Counted from the first letter of the stretch, positions 1-11,849 are shown. The stretch is 41,143 nt of DNA from Octopus sinensis (GCF_006345805.1 NW_021834563.1:1-41143); one strand, 5' to 3'. Numbers and translations: made by a program. The notes: a model not told the origin generated them from the sequence alone.

Positions 1-35
1 ATATATATATATATGTACATATATATATATATATC

Positions 36-87
<52 letters not shown>

Positions 88-115
88 TATACACATATTA
101 TATATATATATATAT
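1..115. repeat. (TA)n microsatellite
   Basis: Near-pure TA repeat. Confidence 0.95.
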
Positions 116-120
116 TACAT

Positions 121-360
121 TCTTTATTCTTTTTACTTGTTGCAGTCATTTGACTGCGCCCATGCTAGAGCACCTTTAGTCGTACAAAATGAGCCCAGGA
201 CTTATTATTTGCAAGACTAGTACTTATTCTACTTGTCTCTTTTGCCGAACCGCTAAGTTACAGGGACGTAAACACACCAGCATCGGTTGTCAAGCGATGT
301 TGGAGGAACAAACACAGACACAGAAATATATACACACACACAACACACATAACACACACA

Positions 361-402
<42 letters not shown>

Positions 403-449
403 CAACCACCACACCACACACACACCATATATATAACACGCATATATAT

Positions 450-492
<43 letters not shown>

Positions 493-658
493 GACGGGCT
501 TCTATCAATTTCCGTCAAACCAATCCACTCAAAAGGCTTTGGTCGGCCACGAGGCTATAGTAAGAAGATACTTGCCCACGGTGCCACGCAGTGGGACAGA
601 ACCGGGAACCATGTAGTTGGCAAACGAGCTACGTTACCACACAGCCACTCCTGAGCCT
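121..658 (-). mobile_element. SINE family A (tRNA head + CORE-like box + internal (CA)/(TA) microsatellite + CR1-like tail)
   Basis: On the minus strand: A-box-like GTGGCTGTGTGGTAA, then a B-box-like segment and GTGGCACC-TGGGCAAGT (CORE-like). The body ends in CAGTCAAATGACTGCAAC plus a (AAAAG/TAAAAG) tail. The same sequence recurs more than 15 times in the window. Confidence 0.9.
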
Positions 659-977
659 ATAGTGTATACAAATTAATGAAATTAACAACTAAATAGAAAA
701 TTATAAAAATAATTATCACACTCTGTTCCAATAAGTAATGTGTCAATTATGTTAATAAGTTATTTAATTATAAAAGCGATGAAATTATTTGAGAGTATTG
801 AACGCTGGATGTCTTTGATTGAGACTAAAGAATCTAAAAGGTTTTCAGAGTTATTCAACTCGTTGCAGTTTGAAGAATCACGTGAACCGTTTTAACATTT
901 GTTAATTGGTTCAATTAGGGAATGAGGTTGTTTTCAAAGTGATGACTAATTACGGAGTGGTGAATGGAAGCGTGCGT

Positions 978-1183
978 TCAAGCCGGCAGAATCTTTAGAG
1001 GGCCGGGCGAAAATGCTTGGCAGCATTTCGCCCGTTTTTACGTTCTGAGTTCAAATTCCGCCGAGGTCGACTTTGCCTTTCATCCTTTTGGGGTCGATTA
1101 AATAAGGACCAATTGAACACTGGGGTCGATGTAGTTTACTCATACCCTCCCCCAAAATTGTTGCACTTCTGGCAAAATGTGAA

Positions 1184-1215
<32 letters not shown>

Positions 1216-1434
1216 TAAAAAGGTGGCAAGCTGGCAGAATCGTTAACATGGTGGGCAAAATTCTTAGCGGCATTTAGTTCGTCTGTACGTTCTGAGTTCA
1301 AATTCCTCCGAGGTCGACTTTGCCTTTTATTCTTTCTGGATCGATATATTAAGTACCCGTTGCGTACTGGGATCGATCTGATCGACTAACACGCTCTCCC
1401 AAAATTTCAGGCCTTTTGCCTATAATAAAAAAGG
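978..1434 (+). mobile_element. Two SINE family B copies separated by (TTA)n
   Basis: GAGTTCAAATTCC B-box followed by GAGGTCGACTTTGCCTTTCATCC...GGGGTCGAT in both copies (about 978-1183 and 1220-1434). Each ends in (TTA)n. Confidence 0.85.
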
Positions 1435-1471
<37 letters not shown>

Positions 1472-1532
1472 TATAATAGTAAACATAATAATAATAATTA
1501 TTATTATTATTATTATTATTATTTATTTCAAA

Positions 1533-1866
1533 TATTTTGCCACAAGAGGGCAGCTTGGGAGAGGTGGGAAGGGGATGAGTCGATTACATCGATTCCAGCG
1601 AAATACCTATTTCTTTACTACCCACAAGGGGCTAAACACAGAGAGGACAAACAAGGACAGACAAACGGATTAAGTCGATTACATCGACCCCAGTGCGTAA
1701 CTGAAACTTATTTAATCGACCCCGAAAGGATGAAAGGCAAAGTCGGCCTCGGAGGAATTTGAACTCAGAACGTAGCGGCAGACGAAATACTGCTAAGCAT
1801 TTCAGCCGGCATGCTAACGACTCTGCCAGCTCACCACCATACTACTGCTGCTGCTACTACTACTAC

Positions 1867-1911
<45 letters not shown>

Positions 1912-2155
1912 ATAATAATAATAATAATAATAACAATAATAATGGTTTCAAATTTTTGCCATAGGGCAGTAATTTTGGCGGTGGGGATGAATCTTTTACA
2001 TCGACACCAGTGTTCAACTGGTACTTATTTTATCGAACCCGAAAAGATGAAAGGTAAAGTCAATCTCGGCGGAATTCGAACTCAGAACGTAGCAACGGGT
2101 GAAATACCGCTAAGCATTTCGTCCGGCGTGCTAACGATTCTGCCGGCTCGTCACT
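1533..2155 (-). mobile_element. SINE family B cluster (partial 1533-1598, full 1599-1838, full 1943-2155)
   Basis: Reverse complement of the family-B consensus, with (CTA)n/(TAA)n at 1840-1942 between copies. Confidence 0.85.
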
Positions 2156-2162
2156 TTATCCC

Positions 2163-2249
<87 letters not shown>

Positions 2250-2257
2250 GAAGAAGA

Positions 2258-2722
2258 AAGCAACATACTCTGGGATATGCCGATACACACAGATAGAGAA
2301 ATTAAGGCCAACAGACAAATATAGTTGTCAGAGATCATGAAGAAAAAAAATGCTTTCTAATTGATGTATCAATACCGGCAGATGACAAGTTGTCTCTAAA
2401 AGAAATGGAGAAACTCTCAAAATACAAAGACCTGGAAATAGAGATAACTAGATGTGAAACTGAAACAGAAACAATTGCTATCATAGTAGGTGCCATTAGG
2501 CATGATAAAAAATATTCAGACAAATACATAACAAAAACACCAGGACTTACAAACACATATAACATACAGAAAATGCACTACTAGGCACTGCACACATCCT
2601 ACGCAGAACACTTTCCATACAATAACCATCAGAGTCACAAACAATCATAGCACATACCCAAGGCACACAGAGCTGCGCTCGGTAGTGAAGTGAAACACGC
2701 TATAAAAATAAAACTACTGAAT
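2258..2722 (+). mobile_element. Dong/R4-clade LINE 3' fragment (restriction-like endonuclease domain + 3' UTR)
   Basis: Translation gives RP...KKKCFLIDVSIPADDKLSLKEMEKLSKYKDLEIEITR...IIVGA, the PD..D RLE motif region. Flanked by (TAA)n on both sides (2163-2248, 2720-2795). Confidence 0.85.
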
Positions 2723-2740
2723 AATGATAATAATAATAAT

Positions 2741-2793
<53 letters not shown>

Positions 2794-2819
2794 TAAAAGC
2801 TAATAAACCGGTTATTATT

Positions 2820-3280
2820 ATAAAAGATCAAACAAAAAAGGTGTGTTAATTAATTGAGTATTCTTTGCGATCACAATATAGCAGTGAAAGAATTTGACAA
2901 GATCAATAAATATAAAGATTTGATAATAGAAATCGAAAAAAATGTGGCATCTCAAGTCGACTACAGTACCAGTGATTGTAGGATCTTTAGGAATGATAAA
3001 AAAATGGTACTGAAACATATTTGAAAATGATACCAGGCTTACCATCCCTACAGGAAGTGCAAGAAACCGTGTTAACTGGAACAACTTATGTACTGAAAAG
3101 AACATTATCGCTGTGACAACAAAATCCATTCATGAATTTATTTATTTATTAATTTTTAAATACATATTTTACCTGTGAAGTTGCGTGTGTAATCTAGGAA
3201 TGCATACAATGCCCTTCTCTGCCCTAGGTGTACGGAAAACACTCGGCGAGAAATAGAAGAAAATTTGAAGAAAGAAGGAA
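2820..3280 (+). mobile_element. Second, divergent Dong/R4 LINE 3' fragment
   Basis: The plus strand reads KEFDKINKYKDLIIEIEKMWHLKSTTVPVIVGSLGMIKK...LQEVQETVLTGTTYVLKRTL. Followed by (TAA)n 3284-3490 and (GAA)n. Confidence 0.85.
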
Positions 3281-3283
3281 GAT

Positions 3284-3319
<36 letters not shown>

Positions 3320-3335
3320 TAATAATAATAATATG

Positions 3336-3366
<31 letters not shown>

Positions 3367-3378
3367 CAATATAATATA

Positions 3379-3413
<35 letters not shown>

Positions 3414-3456
3414 TAATAATAATATAATAAATAATGAATAATGATGATGATGAATA

Positions 3457-3489
<33 letters not shown>

Positions 3490-3539
3490 GAAGAAGAAGA
3501 AGAAGAGAAGAAGAAAAGAAGAAGAAGAAGAAGTCCTGT

Positions 3540-3628
3540 GTTCCATTCATTTGACTAAAAATTCTTCAAGGCAGTGCTCCAGCATGGCCGCAGTCTAATG
3601 ACTGAAACAAGTAAAAGATAAAAGATAG
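3540..3628 (+). mobile_element. Isolated SINE-A-type 3' tail
   Basis: GGCAGTGCTCCAGCATGGCCGCAGTCTAATGACTGAAACAAGTAAAAG. Confidence 0.75.
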
Positions 3629-3629
3629 A

Positions 3630-4005
3630 AGCTAAGAGAACAACGCCACGGACGCCGGAAGTGAACTCTGCAAGAAACATTCACTTCTCAATGGCCTTCC
3701 CTAGCATAGCACCAAAGATCTCAACCTTACCATCAAGATGCAGGACTAGTTCTGCAATAGCCCCTTCCCCAAAAGCCCGAGAGACCTTCATGGTGTAGAT
3801 ATAGGTGTCTTCAAAGTAAAACTAGATCTCCCCCTGTCAAGTGTTCAGGATGAACCTATCTCGCGGCACGAAACACATTTGAGGGCAGCTGCATCAAACT
3901 CCCTCATTCACCAAACGCCACATATCAGGGGATGCTTCAAGGGGTGAAAGTGTAGCAAGTTTAATGGCGGTGCTCCAGTATGGTCGCAACTTCCGAGCTC
4001 AGAAT
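3630..4005 (+). mobile_element. CR1/L2-group LINE 3' end
   Basis: Translates RDLHGVDIGVFKVKLDLPLSSVQDEP...RAAASNSLIHQ, a typical CR1 ORF2 C-terminus. Followed by the tail GGCGGTGCTCCAGTATGGTCGCA (3966-3988). Confidence 0.75.
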
Positions 4006-4018
4006 TGTAGGATTAGTG

Positions 4019-4339
4019 CAGTGGTTCCTCAAGTGTGTGTGTGAGGGGTGCTGCCCCGCCCCTGTGGGCAGCAGGAAGATCAAGAGGGGCGTCGATGAAA
4101 GGTGGGGCAATGATAGAGTGACCAAAAGGGGGGGCGATGGATGTAAGCCCCCAGCCACATAATGAGTCGAATAGGTTAAGTTCTATTTGTGAAATACTGC
4201 TGTTTTGAATTTCCCACAGAAAGTGATCCACGTCTGTGGTGCTGAGTGTAGTGGAGTTGGTTGTGGTGGTGGTGGGGGCACTAGGAATGTGGCACGAGTG
4301 TGAAGGGGGCGGCAGCTCGAAAAAGTTTGGGTACTAGTG
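4019..4339. mobile_element. hAT (Charlie-like) MITE with perfect 8-bp TSD
   Basis: GATTAGTG at 4011-4018 and 4340-4347. Left end is CAGTGGTTCCTCAA and the right-end reverse complement is CACTAGTACCCAAAC. The central TA in the TSD is typical of Charlie elements. Confidence 0.8.
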
Positions 4340-5053
4340 GATTAGTGTACTAAAACAAAACTTGATAGTGTAACACTCCACGCACCGTAAATAGACAGTG
4401 TATGGGTCGGTTTCAGGGGAACTTGAAGATGATGGAAATATCGTTACAGATTCTCGTTAAGGCACGTCACATTCCGAGGTGTTATGCTTTTTGGCAATCA
4501 GAGAGTAGGATATTGCTACAAAATAGCTAATGAATGAAAGATAAAGCGAAACCCCTAAACACCATGGCATAACCCCAAAAAATCGATTTTGTCACATTTC
4601 TGTTGAAGATATTGTGCATGTAATCAGCAGTGCTAAAAAATATGCCATCTAAGTACTACCATTCTCTGCGACATGATATCGTTGAATGAAGCAACTTCGG
4701 TGCACGCCACAGAAAAGAAAAACCTACATATGAATATAGACTATACTTCGCTTATTGGAATATATATTGCTTTCAGGTTTTGGCACAACGCCAGCAATTT
4801 CGGGGAAAGGATTAAGTCACTTACACCGACCCCAGTGATCAACTGGTACACATTGTATCTAATTTATCTACGTCCAATCCATGATTGGGCACCACCTTAA
4901 AGGGTTTAGTTGTTACTTAAGAGACAAACTCAAGCACAACATTGTATATTAAGTTGTTAGATGAACACTGCACTAAATTTTAGTCTCTCAAAATCTCCTA
5001 ATATATTAATGAGTGCAGTGTTTTTATATATTTGTGCGTGTGTATATATATAT

Positions 5054-5306
5054 ACTCTTTTACTCTTTTACTTGTTTCAGTCATTTGACTGTGGCCATGC
5101 TGGAGCATCGCCTTTAGTCGAAAAAATCGACCCCAGAACTTATTCTTTGTAAGCCTAGTACTTATTCTATCGATCTCTTTTGCCGAATTGTTAAGTTACG
5201 GGGACGTAAACACACCAGCATCAGTTGTCAAGTGATGTTGGGGGACAAACACAGACACACAAACACATACACACACACATACATACATACATATATACAT
5301 ACATAT

Positions 5307-5353
<47 letters not shown>

Positions 5354-5354
5354 T

Positions 5355-5408
<54 letters not shown>

Positions 5409-5553
5409 CGACGGGCTTCTTTCAGTTTCCGCCTACCAAATCCACTCACAAGGCTTTGGTCGGCCCGAAGCTATAGTAGAAGACAGTTGGCCAAGGTGCC
5501 ACGCAATGGGACTGAACCTGGAACCATGTGGTTGGTAAGCAAGCTACTTACCA
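5054..5553 (-). mobile_element. SINE family A
   Basis: Full family-A body with internal (CATA)/(CA)/(TA) array. Confidence 0.9.
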
Positions 5554-5929
5554 ATATATATATATTTGTTCAGAATCACGCCGGACGCGGAGGAGGAGAG
5601 AAATAGTAATTCAGTGAAGGAGAAGTAGTGAGAGTAATAGACTGACTGAGAGGGAGTGAGAGAAAGTAATAGCAATGAGAGAAAGGAAGGAGTGATAGAT
5701 GAATAAGGAAGGAAAGGGTGACAAAAAAATCATTGTTTCAACTCTGTGTGAATATGTGTGTGTGTGGTGTGTGTGTGTGAGTGTACAAGGGAAGTATGTG
5801 GATGTTTGTATGTGTGATTATCATGTACCTTATTTTGTACCTTATTTATTTATAAAATACAATTAGCCGTCATTATTGAATGCAGGGGGTCAGGTAGTTT
5901 GATATATATAATAGTATACCCTAACGTAT

Positions 5930-6039
5930 CTATAGGTGAGGTAGTCTGCTCCGGGCGGCACTTTTGGGTCTGCTGTGGCGCCCGGGGGTGGCAAACGGAA
6001 GGGCCACCCCGGGAGGCACATATTCTAGCTACGCTAGTG
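5930..6039. mobile_element. Possible hAT (Tip100-like) MITE end
   Basis: GC-rich GGGCGGCAC/GGGGTGGCAAA subterminal motifs ending in TAGCTACGCTAGTG, resembling the reverse complement of CAGTGGCGTAGCTA. No partner TIR found. Confidence 0.4.
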
Positions 6040-6059
6040 ACTGTATGATAAATTTAATG

Positions 6060-6358
6060 AAGGCACCTGGCCGAGTGGTAAGGGCGTACCACTCACGATC
6101 TAGCGATCGTGGGTTCGATTTCCAGACCGAGCGGTCCGTTGTGTCCTTGAGCAAAAAACTTCATTTCAGCGTTGCTCTGGTCCATTCAGTTGTCAAAGGT
6201 TAACCTACGATGGACTAGCCTTCCGACAGGAGGAATGTTGGCCTGTTCGCCTGGCCAGCGGATTGCATCTTTCGAAAGATAAAATGATGCAAAACGTATT
6301 GTGACCAACGATGTATAACAACATTCGATAGTCCGGTCGATCACGTGATCACGTGATG
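6060..6358 (+). mobile_element. SINE, head H4-like (tRNA+CORE-like) + tail E
   Basis: GGGTTCGATTTCC B-box and GTGTCCTTGAGCAAA core. The tail GTGACCAACGATGTATAACAACATTCGATAGTCCGGTCGATCACGTGA matches the reverse complement of about 20178-20240. Confidence 0.75.
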
Positions 6359-7214
6359 ATAGATTTAATACTCTCATTTTTAAATAATATTGGCCTTCAG
6401 CTAATATTACTTGCATGTTTTTGTTGTTGTTGTTACTGCATATCCGAAATAAATTATAAAATATCTGAGGGGAATTATTGTTAATTATAATATCTTGGAC
6501 TAATAACTTCAACTTTCTTGATAAATATTAAAAAAAATATATTTACAACTAGAGAAGGAAATATTAACATTGCCAAAAAAAAAATGGACATAGAAAAAAC
6601 CTAAAAATGCTCAGATTCAAATATATTTTTCTTTTCGTTTCTAAAGATGAAATTAATAGTCTGAAAAACGATAATCCTCCTGAAAGAGTTTTGTCTTTTT
6701 AATGATATCGAGATTCAAATCCATAAAGCTATTATATTTTGGATATACGATGCGTCACGAGTCGTTACCTACGATCATCATGATAGTAAGAGTGCGGAGG
6801 GGAAGAAGGTAAGAGGCCGTCAGCGACATTTGTTGGCAAACGACATTTGTAGGCAGACGACATAAAAGAAAATAAATCGGAAACCGGAGCCTGATTGATT
6901 GAATTCATGCAGCACAACACAACGTCAACTGGAAAGTCTACCATATTTGTATGTCTGGACACAAGGTGGCGGACCTGGCTCATTTGTGATAAAATGCTTT
7001 CCATTGATTTTATTTTAGGGTCGACATCTCGTTTCAAAAGAATGTTAACCAACCGTTAGGCTTAAATCTTTTTATACCAACGAATTCATTTTTCTTGTGT
7101 TCATCCAGCAACTGATTCACTTATGTTTCATTAAATGTGAAGCTGTGTTTACGTTGAAGAGCATCAATAAAGCGAAACATGTCACAGTTGCCCCCCCCCC
7201 ACTCCCCTCATAGT

Positions 7215-7660
7215 TTGGAAAGGATTCCACCGAGGTCGTTTGCCTTTCATCCTTTCGGGGCCCATAACATAAGATACTAGTTCCTTCTCGAGCCATCCCT
7301 GGCTCATAAGGGCCGGTTTCCCGGTTTCCTTGGCGTATAGGTTCCTCCACCTGTACGGGACGCCGGTCCGTCGCAGGTGAGCTGCAAGATGCAGGAGGAA
7401 AGAGTGAGAGAAAGTTGTGGCGAAAGAATCAGCAGAAGTTTCGCCATTACCTTCTGCCGGAGCCGCGTGGAGCTTAGGTGTTTCGTTCATAAACACACAC
7501 ATCGCCCGGTCTGAGATTCGAACCCGCGATCCCTCGACTGCGAGTCCGTTGCCCTAACCACTAAGCCATGTGCCTCCACATAAGATACTAGTGATACACT
7601 GGGGTCGATCTAATCGACTTACCCCTCCTCCGAAATTATTGGCCTTGTGCCAAATTTTGA
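7215..7660 (+). mobile_element. SINE family B interrupted by another SINE
   Basis: Family-B 5' half lies before 7267 and the 3' half (CACTGGGGTCGATCTAATCGACTT) after 7592. Confidence 0.75.
7282..7577 (-). mobile_element. SINE, head H3 + tail H, with 15-bp TSD
   Basis: ACATAAGATACTAGT at 7267-7281 and 7578-7592. The minus strand begins GGAGGCACATGGCTTAGTGGTTAGGG (tRNA-like A-box) and has GGTTCGAATC as B-box. Confidence 0.85.
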
Positions 7661-7679
7661 AACCAATGTAACCACGTGG

Positions 7680-8065
7680 ATCTTTAATTCTTTTCCTTGT
7701 TTCAGTCATTGGACTGCGGCCATGCTAGGGCATTCCCTTGGAAGGTTTAGTCATTCAAATGCACCCAATTATTTAATTGTATGTCAGGAACTTTTTGCTG
7801 ATCTGCCAAATCACCAGAATATAAACAAACCAACACTGTTTACTTAAGAGACAAACTCAAGCACAACAATGCACTCACACCGATACATATGTATCTATGT
7901 GTTTGTGTGTGATTGTGCGTATGTATATACAGCAGTCTTCCATATATAGTTTTCCCCCTTACAAAATTCACTCCCAAGGTATTGATGGTCAGTCAGAGCT
8001 TATAGTAAAAAACACTTAATCGAGGCACTACGTGGCGGTAAAGCGGCCAACCACACAACCATGCT
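7680..8065 (-). mobile_element. Highly diverged SINE family A
   Basis: TTGTTTCAGTCATTGGACTGCGGCCATGCT... and a degenerate head. Confidence 0.6.
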
Positions 8066-8386
8066 TGTCGAATATTATTTATTTTTATTGTATATCTCAA
8101 TAAAGTTTGTAATTATTGAACAAGGTTTTATAAATTAATTTTTGTTCTGATGTTCAAAATCTCGTTTTCTAACTACGTGGTTTTCTGGTTGTTTCTCACT
8201 GTACCGTACCTTGGGTAAGTGACTTTCACCACAACCCTCGTAAAGTCTCGTGTAATCTCACGCAGCTACATCCCAAATGGAGACGGATTACCGACATTTT
8301 TAAGTGGGGCGTTTGATAATTGTAATGTATCGCATGAACCAAAGGTAGGTCCATAGATAAAGAATATATATATATATATTATATCT

Positions 8387-8417
<31 letters not shown>

Positions 8418-8449
8418 TATATATATAAATACACACACATAGACACATA

Positions 8450-8659
8450 GCTTTCCAATGTGACCTCGTGTGTACCGTTGGCGATTTTTTCCTCTGTCTT
8501 CCCTTCTCTGGATCTTTCCTTCTCCTATGTTTCCGACGAAGAGCTCGGCTCGAAACGTTAAACCCTCCTTCTTTCTTCTTTCCTGAGCGTCCAATAATAC
8601 TATATTTGTTCCACATCCTCGCGTTGTTGTGTTTTTTTGTGCTTTCTTGTTTGGATTAA

Positions 8660-8660
<1 letters not shown>
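8450..8660 (+). mobile_element. Penelope-like element terminal fragment
   Basis: Pyrimidine-rich end containing a minimal hammerhead motif, flanked by (TA)n. This architecture is known for Penelope pseudo-LTRs. Confidence 0.55.
8529..8563 (+). ncRNA. Minimal type-I hammerhead ribozyme motif (variant core)
   Basis: GTTT-CCGACGA-A-GAGC/TCG/GCTC-GAAA-C-GT-T-AAAC. Stem I is GTTT:AAAC, stem II is GAGC:GCTC, and stem III is the palindromic ACGT. The core is CCGA rather than CUGA. Confidence 0.55.
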
Positions 8661-8727
<67 letters not shown>

Positions 8728-9367
8728 TATATACGCTACTATATACACATACAACTATATCCAGCCCACAATATGCAGTTTCGAAAATTATCATTCGAAG
8801 ACCATCAATATTTCTGAATCTTTTTGGTCATACAATTTCTTTGGCGTCTTTTTTTCACTGGTGTATTTTATTCATTGCGGCGTTTTATAGCGGACATCAA
8901 GGATCATGGCAATGACGTTCTAACTGAGGAAATCATCGTCGTCTGATTTATATTTTCGTTAAAATGTGACAGTTCTTAGATTAATACAAGGATGGTGTAT
9001 CTCTGCGTTAAATTTTGCTTTGTATTTTATAATGCTTATAATGCTTCCATTACTAAGCGTTTAAGCCTTTTGTACTCATTTCTATTTACGATGGTTGTTT
9101 TATCAATTAAGGCCTTTTCTGTTTAATGTCCTGCATTGTGATGCGCTACAATGGCTCCCTTTCGCCAGTAATAACGACTTCATTTAGAAGATAAGACCAG
9201 GGAGACTTAGAAACGTTAATGCAGCTTCGTATCGTTTATTGTTCGGAACTTAATAGAAAGAAATCGTAAAGAAAATAGGAAAATATCTCTTATAAGACAA
9301 AAAACATCAAAAGCAAACAAACTCGTGTCTTCTATATTAAATGTGTGCGAAAGAAAAGCCACCACCG

Positions 9368-9990
9368 TGTATGTATGTATGTATGTATGTATGTATGTAT
9401 GTATGTATGTATGTATGTGTGTATGTATGTATGTATGTATGTATGTATGTATGTATGTATGTATGTATGTATGTATGTGTGTATGTATGTATGTATGTAT
9501 GTATGTATGTATGTGTGTATGTATGTATGTATGTATGTATGTATGTATGTATGTATGTGTGTATGTATGTATGTATGTGTATGTATGTATGTATGTATAT
9601 GTGTGTGTATGTATGTATGTATGTATGTATGTATGTATGTATATGTGTGTGTATGTATGTATGTATGTATGTATGTATGTATGTGTGTATGTATGTATGT
9701 ATGTATGTATGTATGTATGTATGTATGTGTGTATGTATGTATGTATGTATGTATGTATGTGTGTATGTATGTATGTATGTATGTATGTATGTATGTATGT
9801 GTGTATGTATGTATGTATGTATGTATGTATGTATGTATGTATGTATGTATGTGTGTATGTATGTATGTATGTATGTATGTATGTATATGTGTGTGTATGT
9901 ATGTATGTATGTATGTATGTATACATGTATGTATACATGCATGTATGCATCTATGTATGTATGTGTGTGTATGTATGTATATGTGTATAT
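9368..9990. repeat. (TATG)n array of about 620 bp
   Basis: Direct reading; explains the 217-257 aa MYVC/HTYI ORFs. Confidence 0.97.
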
Positions 9991-10139
9991 ATGATTGCAT
10001 ATATGACTCTGCATTCATATATGTATGCGTGTACGTATGTAGATTGGTAAGTAGGCGTCTGCCTGTCTGCCTGCCTGTCTGTCTGTCGATTTACGTGTCT
10101 GTCGTGTCATCAGTATAATCATAAGAAAAGTTGCTTCAT

Positions 10140-10867
<728 letters not shown>

Positions 10868-11225
10868 TTGGGTGTTTGCATTCTCTTGATATTACAAAAT
10901 GTCACAACACTGATGCAACGACAACAGCAGCATCATCAACGACAAAAACAACAACAATAATGATAATAATATACACTACTGCATTTATCACATACACTAC
11001 TAGATTCGTTAAAATCCAGCTCTGGATGATATTTCCCATTTTTATTGACATAAAATAAATAACCGATATATCTGTTTTGAGAAATTGAGTGAAAAGTGAG
11101 CGTGACCATATTTAATGGACGAAGCGGAAGAAAAAACGCTGACGCGCTGATGACGTCACTTAGTTCTCTGTTCTCATAACAGTTCAATTGTTCTTTCCCG
11201 ACAAATGTACAATCTTAATATACAG

Positions 11226-11826
11226 GGCGGCGAGGTGGCAGAAACGTTAGCACGCCGGGCGAAATGCTTAGCGGTACTTCGTCTGCCGTTACGTTGTGAG
11301 TTCAAATTCCGCCGAAGTCGACTTTGCCTTTCATCCTTTCGGGGTCGATAAATTAAGTACCAGTTACGCATTGGGGTCGATATAATCGACTTAATCCGTT
11401 TGTCTGTCCTTGTCTGTCCCCTCTGTGTTTAGCCCCTTGTGGGTAATAAAGAAATAGGCATTTTGTCTGCCGTTACGTTCTGAGTTCAAATTCCGCCGAG
11501 GTCGACTTTGCCTTTCATTCTTTCGGGGTCGATAAATTAAGTACCAGTTACGCATTTGGGTCGATATAATCGACTTAATCCGTTTGTCTGTCCTTGTCTG
11601 TCCTCTCTGTATTTAGCCCCTTGTGGGTAGTAAAGAAATAGGTATTTCGTCTGCCGCTACGTTCTGAGTTCAAGTTCCGCCGAGGTCGACTTTGCCTTTC
11701 ATCCTTTCGGGGTCGATAAATTAAGTACCAGTTACGCATTGGGGTCGATATAATCGACTTAATCCGTTTGTCTGTCCTTGTTGGTTCCCTCTGTGTTTAG
11801 CCCCTTGTGGGTGGTAAAGAAATAGA
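11226..11826 (+). mobile_element. SINE family B head-to-tail trimer (184-bp period)
   Basis: One full head, with units starting at 11276, 11460 and 11644. Junction AAAGAAATAGG(T/C)ATTT(C/T)GTCTGCCG. Confidence 0.92.
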
Positions 11827-11849
11827 TATAACAATTTTTTCTAGATCTA

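Noticed and set aside
6340-6358. Tandem CACGTG E-boxes
   Set aside because: They are part of the terminal repeat of SINE tail E, not evidence of a regulatory module.
6765-7052. 95-aa minus-strand ORF and nearby splice-donor-like motifs (AG|GTAACG minus; AAG|GTAAGA plus at 6808)
   Set aside because: No recognisable protein motif, and donors on both strands are equally plausible by chance.
9216-10118. Six overlapping ORFs of 217-257 aa (MYVC/HTYI repeats)
   Set aside because: They are the translation of a (TATG)n microsatellite, and frames are open only because the repeat lacks stops.
11120-11160. CRE palindrome TGACGTCA (11151-11158) and GCGGAAG ETS-like site
   Set aside because: Short motifs are expected by chance in 41 kb, and there is no adjacent supported exon.
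11226-11826. Regularly spaced repeats suggestive of a CRISPR array
   Set aside because: The units are whole 184-bp SINE bodies without unique spacers, the context is eukaryotic and there are no cas genes.
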